Below are positions 35,359 through 42,915 of a stretch of DNA of 44,514 nt, piece after piece (positions within the stretch are counted from its first letter, which is position 1; each line of letters starts with the position of its first letter). Source of the stretch: Fidelibacterota bacterium (GTDB taxonomy: Bacteria; Fidelibacterota; UBA2242); contig JALOAB010000002.1 of NCBI GenBank assembly GCA_023229045.1, positions 1 through 44,514 of the forward strand, read 5' to 3'. The notes under the pieces are model-generated. The model did not search any database. It had not been told where the DNA came from and saw only the letters and a program-made list of their open reading frames with translations. The position numbers and the translations under genes were made by a program.

Positions 35359-35392
35359 CCCTGCCCGCCATCACGGGACGAGCAGGGCTTTT
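35359..35392 (+). terminator. Terminator-like hairpin oriented against the leftward operon
   Basis: CCCTGC..CCG..CGG..GCAGGG followed by CTTTT on the + strand only. Confidence 0.25.
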
Positions 35393-35407
35393 GCTTCCGT
35401 GCAACTC

Positions 35408-35782
35408 TTACACCGTGTCAGTCTGTGTCTGGGACTGTGGCTGTTCTTCGTCTGGGATTATTTCGACTAACGCTTTCATAACTGCAAATCTTTCGGCTAT
35501 GTCGGCATCGCTTGGCAACCAATGCGTTATTGACTTAGCCATTTCCGGTGCGGCTGTCTGCTCTTTGGCTAATAGCCATTCCCTTAACAACTGGATTAAG
35601 AGCATTAGTAACTGAAATTCTGCCGAACCCATCTTTGGTTTGGATAACGCCAGAATTGACACAGCCTGCGCCTTTAGGTTTGCTACGGTGTCCGTCTCGG
35701 TTTCGACCGGCGGCTCTGGCAAATTGAATAGCTTCCGTAAAATCCTAATAATAATTTTCAGCCAAAATACTTTGTCCTGCAT
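35408..35782 (-). CDS. Hypothetical protein (124 aa)
   Basis: AAGGAG 8 nt upstream. No family recognised. Confidence 0.6.
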   Translation of the reverse strand: MQDKVFWLKIIIRILRKLFNLPEPPVETETDTVANLKAQAVSILALSKPKMGSAEFQLLMLLIQLLREWLLAKEQTAAPEMAKSITHWLPSDADIAERFAVMKALVEIIPDEEQPQSQTQTDTV

Positions 35783-35820
35783 ACTACGTTCTCCTTAAAT
35801 AATGTTTGTTAATAAACTCG

Positions 35821-36051
35821 TTATTTCTTGCCCTTTCTTGGCTTTGAGGCTAACTTACTACCCTTAACACCTTTTGACGCAGCCTTGCCCCTGCAAACGG
35901 CCTTATTTGACGTTTTATGGCCTGTCTTATCTTCCCACAAAGCCTCTAATTGAGCGTTTGTCAAGGGTTTATCATCAACCGTCTTAACAAAGGCCGGAAT
36001 AAAGCCCTTCTCATACTCTTTCTTCGACATTATGATAAACTTCCTTGCCAT
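35821..36051 (-). CDS. Hypothetical protein with a basic tail (76 aa)
   Basis: Start at MARKFIIMSKK (AAGGAA 6 nt upstream). The track start is a TTG. Confidence 0.55.
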   Translation of the reverse strand: MARKFIIMSKKEYEKGFIPAFVKTVDDKPLTNAQLEALWEDKTGHKTSNKAVCRGKAASKGVKGSKLASKPRKGKK

Positions 36052-36064
36052 ACGATTTCCTTTC

Positions 36065-36427
36065 TTAAACAAAAATTTTAGGTGGTAGTGGAATACTTTC
36101 TTTCATTGGCCGCCACAAATGCAGGCAATTATTAACATTATTTACATAATCTTTTTTAGCCGGATGAAGTTGCATTACAACCTCATCATCACGCCAGAAG
36201 ATTTCTTTGAACATACACATTTCTTCCCAAGTAGGACATCGGAATAGTCTCTTTGGTGTTCCTCGATTATAAAGGATTGATATACTTGCGTGTTCCCAAT
36301 CTCCGCCATAACTGAAAACATACCCAAAGCCGATTCCTTGGGTATAAAAAATGCCTGTCAATCCATCTTCACCTTCTCGCTCGATAGTACCTTTTAGTTG
36401 ACTCTTAATTTGCTCAACAGATTTCAT
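36065..36427 (-). CDS. Conserved phage protein of unknown function (..WEHASIS..CPTWEEMC..LHLW.. family)
   Basis: The motifs GGDWEHASISI, RCPTWEEMCMFKEIFW and NCLHLWRP match a widespread prophage family I recall. Function unknown. Confidence 0.6.
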   Translation of the reverse strand: MKSVEQIKSQLKGTIEREGEDGLTGIFYTQGIGFGYVFSYGGDWEHASISILYNRGTPKRLFRCPTWEEMCMFKEIFWRDDEVVMQLHPAKKDYVNNVNNCLHLWRPMKESIPLPPKIFV

Positions 36428-36905
36428 ATTTACGTTTCTCCCAATACGTTACCGCTATTGCTACTGCCGACCATAAATCCTTGCTTATACCGTATAAAGG
36501 CCCCGGCTTCTTTTTTGTTCCTACTTGCGGACATTTACCGCCGCCCGAACCTTGGAATTTATCTAACAACGCTTGCCTGATATTAGAATCTTTTGCCCTT
36601 CGAGAGCCGCATAAGTGAGTTTTAATATCGCTGCGATAAATCCTTTCCTTCTGAACATCGCCGAGAGCTTCCCAGAATCTACCTATCCACCAGATAGTTT
36701 CAAAGACTTCCTTGCCGACCGGCATACCATAACTTTCAATCCACTCAAAGACAAATACTCTTCTATCGGTTTCAATGTTATATAGCTGCGCCAACAAATC
36801 AGTATTGCAATCAATTCTTTTGCTAAGAATCTTCTTGGATTCGCCGTCATAAATAACCCAAGCTGATTTTGTTGTACCGGGGTCAATGCCTATTATTATG
36901 TTCAT
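36414..36905 (-). CDS. RuvC-like Holliday-junction resolvase
   Basis: MNIIIGIDPGTTKSAW (Asp1), FVFEWIES (Glu), KDSNIRQ and KDLWSAVAIA (Asp) blocks. Confidence 0.6.
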   Translation of the reverse strand: MNIIIGIDPGTTKSAWVIYDGESKKILSKRIDCNTDLLAQLYNIETDRRVFVFEWIESYGMPVGKEVFETIWWIGRFWEALGDVQKERIYRSDIKTHLCGSRRAKDSNIRQALLDKFQGSGGGKCPQVGTKKKPGPLYGISKDLWSAVAIAVTYWEKRKYEIC

Positions 36906-36965
36906 TGCTCTGTCCTTAAAGGTTTTCCTGTAATTGTAAATCTTCGGGAAATTGCTCTGCTCATC

Positions 36966-37199
36966 TTAACTCCCTTTTATTCTCTTAATCTCAGCCTCGA
37001 TAGTTTCTTCTGAAATTACCCTTGTTAAATAATAATCCCCTGCTAACTTGGTTGCTTGACATTTGCTTAACGCCCCTTGCAAGCTCTCTAATTGGCCTGT
37101 TTCGCGGCCTTCGTTAAACAAATATTCGTCTCTGTTTCTGCCATACAAAGCTATGTGGCCTATTTTCTTTTCCCATTTTTCAAACGCACTCTTTGCCAT
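36966..37199 (-). CDS. Hypothetical protein (77 aa)
   Basis: AAGGAG 7 nt upstream, within the end of the preceding gene. Confidence 0.55.
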   Translation of the reverse strand: MAKSAFEKWEKKIGHIALYGRNRDEYLFNEGRETGQLESLQGALSKCQATKLAGDYYLTRVISEETIEAEIKRIKGS

Positions 37200-37500
37200 T
37201 AGGGTTCTCCTTGAGGTCTAAGGCTCTAAAATGTTCACCGCACACAAGCATATAGCCATTAGAAGTTGGTATTCCACTGGTTCTTTGTTTTTTGCAATTC
37301 GGCCATTGACAGGTTGCGGCAAGATAAACGTGAGGGTCGTTCCAACCTAAGACATCAAAGGCTTCTTCAAGGGCAGACAATCCCATAGTAGTATATCCGC
37401 CATATTTATCATCCCAGCCTGCAAACTGAAAACACATACCTTCTAAGGCGTTTTGCAGTTTGGCATTGCGGTCTAATACTTCTTCGATTTGTTTATCCAT
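37180..37500 (-). CDS. Hypothetical protein (106 aa)
   Basis: GAAGG upstream. Cys/His pairs CQWPNC...CGEH. Confidence 0.55.
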   Translation of the reverse strand: MDKQIEEVLDRNAKLQNALEGMCFQFAGWDDKYGGYTTMGLSALEEAFDVLGWNDPHVYLAATCQWPNCKKQRTSGIPTSNGYMLVCGEHFRALDLKENPNGKECV

Positions 37501-37514
37501 AACTCACCAACCTT

Positions 37515-38213
37515 CTACTTTCTTTCTGCACTCTGTTCACGCCTGTCCTTGCCTTCAAACTTGATTACTTTCGCCAGCTTCAATCTACTGGCTATCCGGC
37601 TATCAAAACTCTTTTCAATCTGCTCAAGGTTCTTATTGCTACTGATTACTGTCGGCAACATCATTTCCTGCCGTTTATTTAATAAAATATAAAGCGTTAC
37701 ATACGCAAAGTCCGACTCATCTTTCGTCCGCAACCCCAAATCGTCAATAAACAGAATATCGCAGTCAATTAAGGGCTTAATATAATCCCATTCGGTTTGC
37801 TTGGACATTGGGGCGTAACAGCTTCTAATCTGTACGCAGAACTCATCAAGGCTGATTTTCTTGCAGTCTAACCCCTGATACACGCCCTCTCTTATCATTG
37901 CTGCCATAGCGTAGGTCTTGCCAGTCCCGACACCGCCGTAAAGGAATATGTCTGTATCAATTACAACGACTTTAGCTTCTCTGCTTAGATGCTCTAAATT
38001 TGCCCCGATATATCGCTCGCTAACCTGCGACAGAATAATTTTTTCCTTTGTCTGATTAGATGTTAAATATCTGTGGTATCTATCCTGACACCGCTTGCAC
38101 CACTTCCGGCCAGAATCTTTAATCCGAACCTTGCACTTCTCGCAATACTCAGCGGATATAATTTCCCGCAGGCTTTGCACGTTCGTCAGTATTTGGTCTG
38201 CTTCTTTGCCCAT
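37515..38213 (-). CDS. DnaC/IstB-like AAA+ helicase-loader ATPase
   Basis: Walker A LYGGVGTGKTYAM, Walker B ILFIDDLG, N-terminal CxxC..CxxC. Confidence 0.75.
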   Translation of the reverse strand: MGKEADQILTNVQSLREIISAEYCEKCKVRIKDSGRKWCKRCQDRYHRYLTSNQTKEKIILSQVSERYIGANLEHLSREAKVVVIDTDIFLYGGVGTGKTYAMAAMIREGVYQGLDCKKISLDEFCVQIRSCYAPMSKQTEWDYIKPLIDCDILFIDDLGLRTKDESDFAYVTLYILLNKRQEMMLPTVISSNKNLEQIEKSFDSRIASRLKLAKVIKFEGKDRREQSAERK

Positions 38214-38877
38214 AACTACTCCAAGTTCTCAACTTTAGTTTCCAGTTTTTAACAGGCTTGCCCTGCGTATCGACCCACCCAGAATCATTAAATCCCTTAA
38301 AAAAGGTTTCGGCGTTCACGTTTGATAATTCAGGGTTAGACTCGATATACTCTTTAACTTCTAAAAATGTTGGAGGCACAAATTTACTGTTACTGTTACC
38401 TTTACTTTTACTGGTACTTTTACTATTACTTATACTATGGGGGCTGTTTAAGGGGCTTATACAGGGGCTTGTATAGCCCCTTGTAGCCTCTCTTATATCT
38501 TCTGTGTCTAATAGTCGTAAGATGTTATTTGAACAGTCTTTATATTCCAGAAGAATATTTATTACGGCAACGTGAGCCGCATTATTTATCTTTAAAGGTA
38601 GGTTGCGTTGGTGCTTTAAAAAATTTCTTATCCATAGGTGCGTTTCGTTAAGTGGTTCGGTTTTTTCCTTAATCTTTTCGAGTGCTTTTTGAGTTTCTTC
38701 TATTGTCATTCCAATTACAAAAGATGCTAATTCAGTGTCAATTTCCCAAATACCTGCAATATTGCAGTTGTCAATGATATAGAGAAATAGCAGTTTTTCC
38801 GCAGGCGATAGACTTCTAAACCATTTATCCTGCCATTTCTCGGCCAATGTAAACCGGATTGTCATTTCAGTAGCCAT
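38149..38877 (-). CDS. Phage replisome organiser / DnaD-like replication initiator
   Basis: WFRSLSPAEKLLFLYIIDNCNIAGIWE N-domain, Ser/Asn/Lys linker, and C-terminal FFKGFNDSGWVDTQGKPVKNWKLKLRTW block. Confidence 0.7.
   Translation of the reverse strand: MATEMTIRFTLAEKWQDKWFRSLSPAEKLLFLYIIDNCNIAGIWEIDTELASFVIGMTIEETQKALEKIKEKTEPLNETHLWIRNFLKHQRNLPLKINNAAHVAVINILLEYKDCSNNILRLLDTEDIREATRGYTSPCISPLNSPHSISNSKSTSKSKGNSNSKFVPPTFLEVKEYIESNPELSNVNAETFFKGFNDSGWVDTQGKPVKNWKLKLRTWSSYGQRSRPNTDERAKPAGNYIR
38384..38437. repeat. Nine tandem hexamers TTACTN (AGTAAN on the coding strand) in the organiser linker
   Basis: ttactg ttactg ttacct ttactt ttactg gtactt ttacta ttactt atacta, encoding SISNSKSTSKSKGNSNSK. 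Confidence 0.85.
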
Positions 38878-38887
38878 AATAAAAGGT

Positions 38888-38942
38888 GGGGTGTTCTCCT
38901 GCTAAGGAACAACACAGCATTTCTGATGTGTTCAAACACCCC
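38888..38942 (-). promoter_or_regulatory. 5' leader hairpin abutting the organiser start
   Basis: 8-bp arms GGGGTGTT/AACACCCC enclose a second AACACA/TGTGTT hairpin. The only AGGAG sits at the stem base, about 19 nt from the ATG. Confidence 0.35.
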
Positions 38943-38987
38943 ATTAAATTGTGGATTAAACTGTATTGTTCGCTTAGCATACTCGCC

Positions 38988-39016
38988 TATCTACCATAAA
39001 GCCTTTCGGCTGTCAA
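38988..39016 (-). promoter_or_regulatory. Sigma70-like promoter for the replication genes
   Basis: - strand TTGACA (rc 39011-39016), 17 nt, TAGATA (rc 38988-38993). Confidence 0.45.
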
Positions 39017-39029
39017 GGAAAAAATAAAA

Positions 39030-39470
39030 TTAAATCATTCCGTTTGTTAATTCTTTTAACAAGCAAACCCTGCGGCAATACTTTTTGGCAAGGCCGAGCT
39101 TCTTAATGTCGTGCTTATTCTGAAAGACCATATCAATTATTACTTCCGGCCTGTACTTATTCAGCAGCCGTAGATTTCGTTTGGTCTTGGCGGTAACATA
39201 GCCTTTGGCTTCGAGATAATAGAACGTGCCGTCATTATTGATAACGTCAAAATCTACGAGATAACGGTCGTCAGGAAACTTGAATGTCGTCTGTTCATAT
39301 GCCCAATCCTTAATATGTCCGCTGTCTTTAAGTAGCTGCAAGTATTGAGCGACCTTGCTTTCTAATATCGACCGGAAGGTATATGTTTTTCCGGCAATGT
39401 CCATTGTAACCCTCTTGTTTTTGTAATCCATTACCAACCTTCGGTTTGGCTCGAATCCCATCTTTGCCAT
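39030..39470 (-). CDS. DUF1064-type PD-(D/E)xK nuclease-like protein
   Basis: YKNKRV..GKTYTFRSILESKVAQYL...YLVDFDV...YYLEAKGYVTAKTKRNLRLL matches the DUF1064 pattern as recalled. Strong GAGGAG RBS. Confidence 0.6.
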   Translation of the reverse strand: MAKMGFEPNRRLVMDYKNKRVTMDIAGKTYTFRSILESKVAQYLQLLKDSGHIKDWAYEQTTFKFPDDRYLVDFDVINNDGTFYYLEAKGYVTAKTKRNLRLLNKYRPEVIIDMVFQNKHDIKKLGLAKKYCRRVCLLKELTNGMI

Positions 39471-39594
39471 TCTTTACTCCTCTATTTCAGTAATTCGGGG
39501 TTATAAAAACCGGCGACAGCATTTCAATAAGACTATAACTGTTTGGTTGTTGTTTTTCGTTCGCCCAACTACAAGTCAGGACTTCCGCCGCCGG

Positions 39595-39906
39595 TTAATC
39601 AAACAAAGTTTCCTTTTCGATTTTCAGTTTCCATTCATATTCAGGCATATCATAAATACCTGTTTTCTGCGTTATACATTTTTCGATAACCCCTCTTTTG
39701 GTCAGGTTCGTTATCGCCCGCCTAACCGAAGTTATCGGCCATTGTTTACCCTGTGATTCAAAATGATTCCAAACATAAGACGGTGTAAACTTTAGGTGCG
39801 GGTTATCTACGAAGAAGTCTAATATCAAATCTTCCTGATTCTTAGCCCCCTGTTCGGCCTTGCCGAGAGCAGGGTTCTTTAAGTGCGATGTGTTGTAGTA
39901 GGTCAT
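39595..39906 (-). CDS. Winged-helix DNA-binding protein (103 aa)
   Basis: WPITSVRRAITNLTKRGVIEK recognition-helix/wing pattern. Confidence 0.5.
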   Translation of the reverse strand: MTYYNTSHLKNPALGKAEQGAKNQEDLILDFFVDNPHLKFTPSYVWNHFESQGKQWPITSVRRAITNLTKRGVIEKCITQKTGIYDMPEYEWKLKIEKETLFD

Positions 39907-39913
39907 TGTTTAT

Positions 39914-40528
39914 CTATTTGACTTTAAAATCTTTATGTTTGACTTTTGCTATAATACGCTCACCTTTTCTGCTGAACAACCCTACTTTGGGTCGCATTAC
40001 CAATCCCTCTGCTACAAAATCGCCCCACATAGACTTATAGCCACACCGGACTATTTCTATGGCTCGCTCAAGTGTTCCTTCGCCAACTTGAGGCACAATG
40101 CTTAATTCTAACTTATTACCAATATCGAGCACGTCCTCTCGCCTTAACCACCACCTATCAATCAGTATGTCAAACAACACTATGCTTTGGTCTTGTCTGT
40201 AAACGCCGCCTTTACGTATTCCCGCGCCATAACCCTCACAGTATAGACACATTGTTAGGTCTGGGTACTTATCTGTAAGGTTTTTGGTTAGTGTCGAGGC
40301 ATTGATTGAATCTATTAGTTTGGCAGGAATCGGGGCATTGTCCGTTTTTCCGCAAATTCTAATGTTTTGACCATCCCAATATATTCTGATATTTGTACCG
40401 TCAATTTTTTCAGTAAACTCCCAGATGTTACCTTTGAGGTAGCTAAATTCAGGTATAGACCATTGCCCTAAAATAAAATTGCCACGCTCATCTCTTTTGT
40501 AAACCGATTGAATTTTGTGATATTCCAT
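39914..40528 (-). CDS. ATP-dependent RNA ligase-family nucleotidyltransferase (204 aa)
   Basis: Motif I EKIDGTNIRI, III LYCEGYG, IV VLFDIL, V AEGLVMRP / IIAKVKHKDF. Confidence 0.65.
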   Translation of the reverse strand: MEYHKIQSVYKRDERGNFILGQWSIPEFSYLKGNIWEFTEKIDGTNIRIYWDGQNIRICGKTDNAPIPAKLIDSINASTLTKNLTDKYPDLTMCLYCEGYGAGIRKGGVYRQDQSIVLFDILIDRWWLRREDVLDIGNKLELSIVPQVGEGTLERAIEIVRCGYKSMWGDFVAEGLVMRPKVGLFSRKGERIIAKVKHKDFKVK

Positions 40529-40531
40529 CTT

Positions 40532-40687
40532 TCATTCTCCAATCTTTTGCCCGTAAAACTGCTCTAATATCCGTCGTCTGCCGTTCTCAATATTGGCATA
40601 GTCAGGCTGTGATATGCCTAAATAGTCGGCCACCTTCTTTTGGGTTAGGTATTGGCCGGGTCGTTGTCTTAATTCTTTAAGGTTCAT
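40532..40687 (-). CDS. XRE/Cro-type HTH regulator (51 aa)
   Basis: Start at MNLKELRQ (ATGA overlap). LTQKKVADYLGISQPDYANIENGRR. Confidence 0.65.
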   Translation of the reverse strand: MNLKELRQRPGQYLTQKKVADYLGISQPDYANIENGRRRILEQFYGQKIGE

Positions 40688-41136
40688 TTCTTTAGTTCTT
40701 TCCAATTCTTCTGTGGTTCTGGAACGTAGATACTCCATTGTGAGGCTGCGAAATTCCGGCACTTATCAAAGAAGTCCGCCATTTCCAAAGTATTCATATC
40801 CCGCATAGTCAGCCTCTTTTCATCTCTAAAGACCGGACACATTGCATACATATAATCTTTCAATAAGTCCGGCGATATTTCAATACCTGTCGGGTCGGAC
40901 AGCTTAAAGATATAGCTTGTGTCGTAGCCTCTGTCATTAAAGACCTCTAAGACTATCTTACTGAATAGGCCGAACCACGCGCCAAGCTGCCTATTTGTTT
41001 TTGATTGGCGGTATTTTGTTAGGGTTTCTTCTATCATATCGGTTGGCTTGAAAGAACTCAAAAATCGCTTTCTTTGTTCCTTCATTTCCTCTGATAGCAG
41101 AAATATCCCATCTTTGGCTCGGCCTGTGAATTTCAT
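40684..41136 (-). CDS. Hypothetical recombination-module protein (NinB-like pattern, weak)
   Basis: RQSKTNRQLGAWFGLFSKIV loosely resembles the RS..QN..(Y/W)W.. motif of NinB/DUF1367 proteins. Located between the SSB-tail and XRE genes. Confidence 0.3.
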   Translation of the reverse strand: MKFTGRAKDGIFLLSEEMKEQRKRFLSSFKPTDMIEETLTKYRQSKTNRQLGAWFGLFSKIVLEVFNDRGYDTSYIFKLSDPTGIEISPDLLKDYMYAMCPVFRDEKRLTMRDMNTLEMADFFDKCRNFAASQWSIYVPEPQKNWKELKK

Positions 41137-41144
41137 TGTTTACC

Positions 41145-41534
41145 TCAAAAGGGAATATCTGAATCGTCAATCTCTGGTTCTGGCTCTGGGTCGGCAGGCT
41201 GAACGATTTGATTTTTTGCTGCCCGAACCCTAATGCCTCCGACAAGTTTGCCGCCGAAAGAAATGTTCGGGTCGTGGTAAAGAACAATTTTCTTGCCAAT
41301 CCAGTTATCGAAATCACCGCTTCCAGTTATAGACTGGATAATCTGGCCATTGGTTGAATTGAGAATGAAGGGCTTATCAACCTCTTTTAGTATTAAAGCC
41401 CATCGCAATTCTTCTTCTGCGCCTTCTTTGGCCACGTTAACTTCCTCGTAGTTATCAATGGTTACAAGGATTGGCTTTTGCACCTCTTTTTGTGTCAGAA
41501 ATTTACTTTTCTTCAAATCATTTACACTTGGCAT
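41145..41534 (-). CDS. Putative ssDNA-binding protein with an SSB-type acidic C-terminal tip
   Basis: Ends ...EPEPEIDDSDIPF, the canonical bacterial SSB C-terminal D-I-P-F tip. The body is not an SSB sequence I recognise. Located next to the Cas4-like exonuclease. Confidence 0.45.
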   Translation of the reverse strand: MPSVNDLKKSKFLTQKEVQKPILVTIDNYEEVNVAKEGAEEELRWALILKEVDKPFILNSTNGQIIQSITGSGDFDNWIGKKIVLYHDPNISFGGKLVGGIRVRAAKNQIVQPADPEPEPEIDDSDIPF

Positions 41535-41600
41535 TGCTTACCCTTTCATAATTAAGTTGTTTTTATGTGTTTAAATCTTCCATTCTTTGTTCGCTTGGCA

Positions 41601-42269
41601 TCATTTAATTCTTTTTTCTGTTTCTTCGCAGAGTATTTTGAAACTACAATATTGACATTCTTTGCTTTTACCGTCTTTGTTGATAAAGCATCTTGGCTCG
41701 GCTTTTGGTAGTTCGTCCTGTTCCCATAACCTTCTTAATTCTGATAATTCCATATCAAGTTGAGCAAGCCAGTAATCGTCTAACGGCTGGACAAATTCCA
41801 TAATACATAAATCGTCTTTGCTGACGAAAACAAGTCGGCCAAAATCCTTTTTTAATTCTCTGGTATAGTACATTACTTGCAGCCAGTTAGGATATTTCTC
41901 TTTTTTAATATCGTCCTTTTTAAACTTAGACATATACCAAAAAGATTTACTGTGCTGGCTTTTAATGTCGATTACTTCGTTGCTGGTAACTATATCGGCA
42001 TAGCCCTTAACATCATCAGATTCGACCAAAACTTGTAATTGATAGTCTTTTGGCAGCAGACTAACTACAAAATCCTCAAACAGATTGCCCGCGTTAAAAA
42101 CCCTTAATGTTCTTTTGTCCGGTGGATTAGACTGAGGCTCGTCTTTGCGATTCCAGTATTGAGCGCGATAACACCGTCCGAAACTTGACGGCGACCATTT
42201 TCCGGAACGCTCTCTGGGCTGCCTAATCAGACTCTTGTCTATCAACTGCTGAATCGTCTCTACTGACAT
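41601..42269 (-). CDS. Cas4/RecB-like PD-(D/E)xK exonuclease with a 4-Cys cluster
   Basis: N-terminal FGRCYRAQYW. YADIVTSNEVIDIKSQ (D..D/E.K). C-terminal ECQYCSFKILC (Cx2Cx5C). Confidence 0.7.
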   Translation of the reverse strand: MSVETIQQLIDKSLIRQPRERSGKWSPSSFGRCYRAQYWNRKDEPQSNPPDKRTLRVFNAGNLFEDFVVSLLPKDYQLQVLVESDDVKGYADIVTSNEVIDIKSQHSKSFWYMSKFKKDDIKKEKYPNWLQVMYYTRELKKDFGRLVFVSKDDLCIMEFVQPLDDYWLAQLDMELSELRRLWEQDELPKAEPRCFINKDGKSKECQYCSFKILCEETEKRIK

Positions 42270-42402
42270 TATTTCCCTTTCTCAATCTTTTTGCAATACT
42301 TGCTCGAACAAACTTTTCGTAACAATCTGTCGCATCGAAGTTACATTGTTCGACTATGCTCGATTGCTTTAACATCTGGAACACTTTCAGGTCGGTCATA
42401 TC
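42223..42402 (-). CDS. Hypothetical protein (59 aa)
   Basis: Start at MTDLKVFQ (ATGA overlap with the upstream stop). 47-nt overlap with the exonuclease start. Confidence 0.35.
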   Translation of the reverse strand, partial: DMTDLKVFQMLKQSSIVEQCNFDATDCYEKFVRASIAKRLRKGNNVSRDDSAVDRQESD

Positions 42403-42623
42403 TCTAACTCCTTGATGGCTTCTTTCCACTTGTCGTGGTAAGCCTTTGAATCGGCTTCCAATTCGGCTTTAGTAATCGGCTCGTAACTTATTACAAGCGT
42501 GCCAGTTTGTTTCCATAGCCGGATTTCGTCTGTCGGGTGTTCGGCTATGTTGACTAACAGCAAGTCTGCTCTGGTATATTCGTATATTGTTTTGCTATTT
42601 ACCAATGCGAGATATTTAGCCAT
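42396..42623 (-). CDS. Hypothetical protein (75 aa)
   Basis: AAGGAAAGAAAGAA upstream. Confidence 0.55.
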   Translation of the reverse strand: MAKYLALVNSKTIYEYTRADLLLVNIAEHPTDEIRLWKQTGTLVISYEPITKAELEADSKAYHDKWKEAIKELEI

Positions 42624-42720
42624 TTCTTTCTTTCCTTATCAACCCGAATAATCTATTATGCCTTTTCTTTGTAAATGCTCTCTCTCTGTATAGGTAAGGG
42701 ATTTTTTGCCCTTTTTGGCT

Positions 42721-42915
42721 TTACGCCAGATGTTCTTGGTTTTTTTGGTCTTGAGTTTCATTATCTCTTTCTAATAAAAATCTTTCGAGTAAGCATTTTG
42801 CACACATCCCACTTCTTGTTCTATATGTCCTACAATGCGGACACTGGTGATAAGTATGTATTCCATCTGCTAACTCATATTCAATATCCGACAAAAATTT
42901 TCTAATTCGCCCCAT
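42721..42915 (-). CDS. Zn-ribbon protein (64 aa)
   Basis: Start at MGRIRKF, overlapping the upstream gene end. CPHC...CAKC. Confidence 0.5.
   Translation of the reverse strand: MGRIRKFLSDIEYELADGIHTYHQCPHCRTYRTRSGMCAKCLLERFLLERDNETQDQKNQEHLA

Noticed and set aside
40991-41317. 108-aa track ORF overlapping both the SSB-tail gene and the NinB-like gene in another frame.
   Set aside because: Both overlapped genes have good SD sequences and recognisable features. This ORF has neither and spans their intergenic junction.
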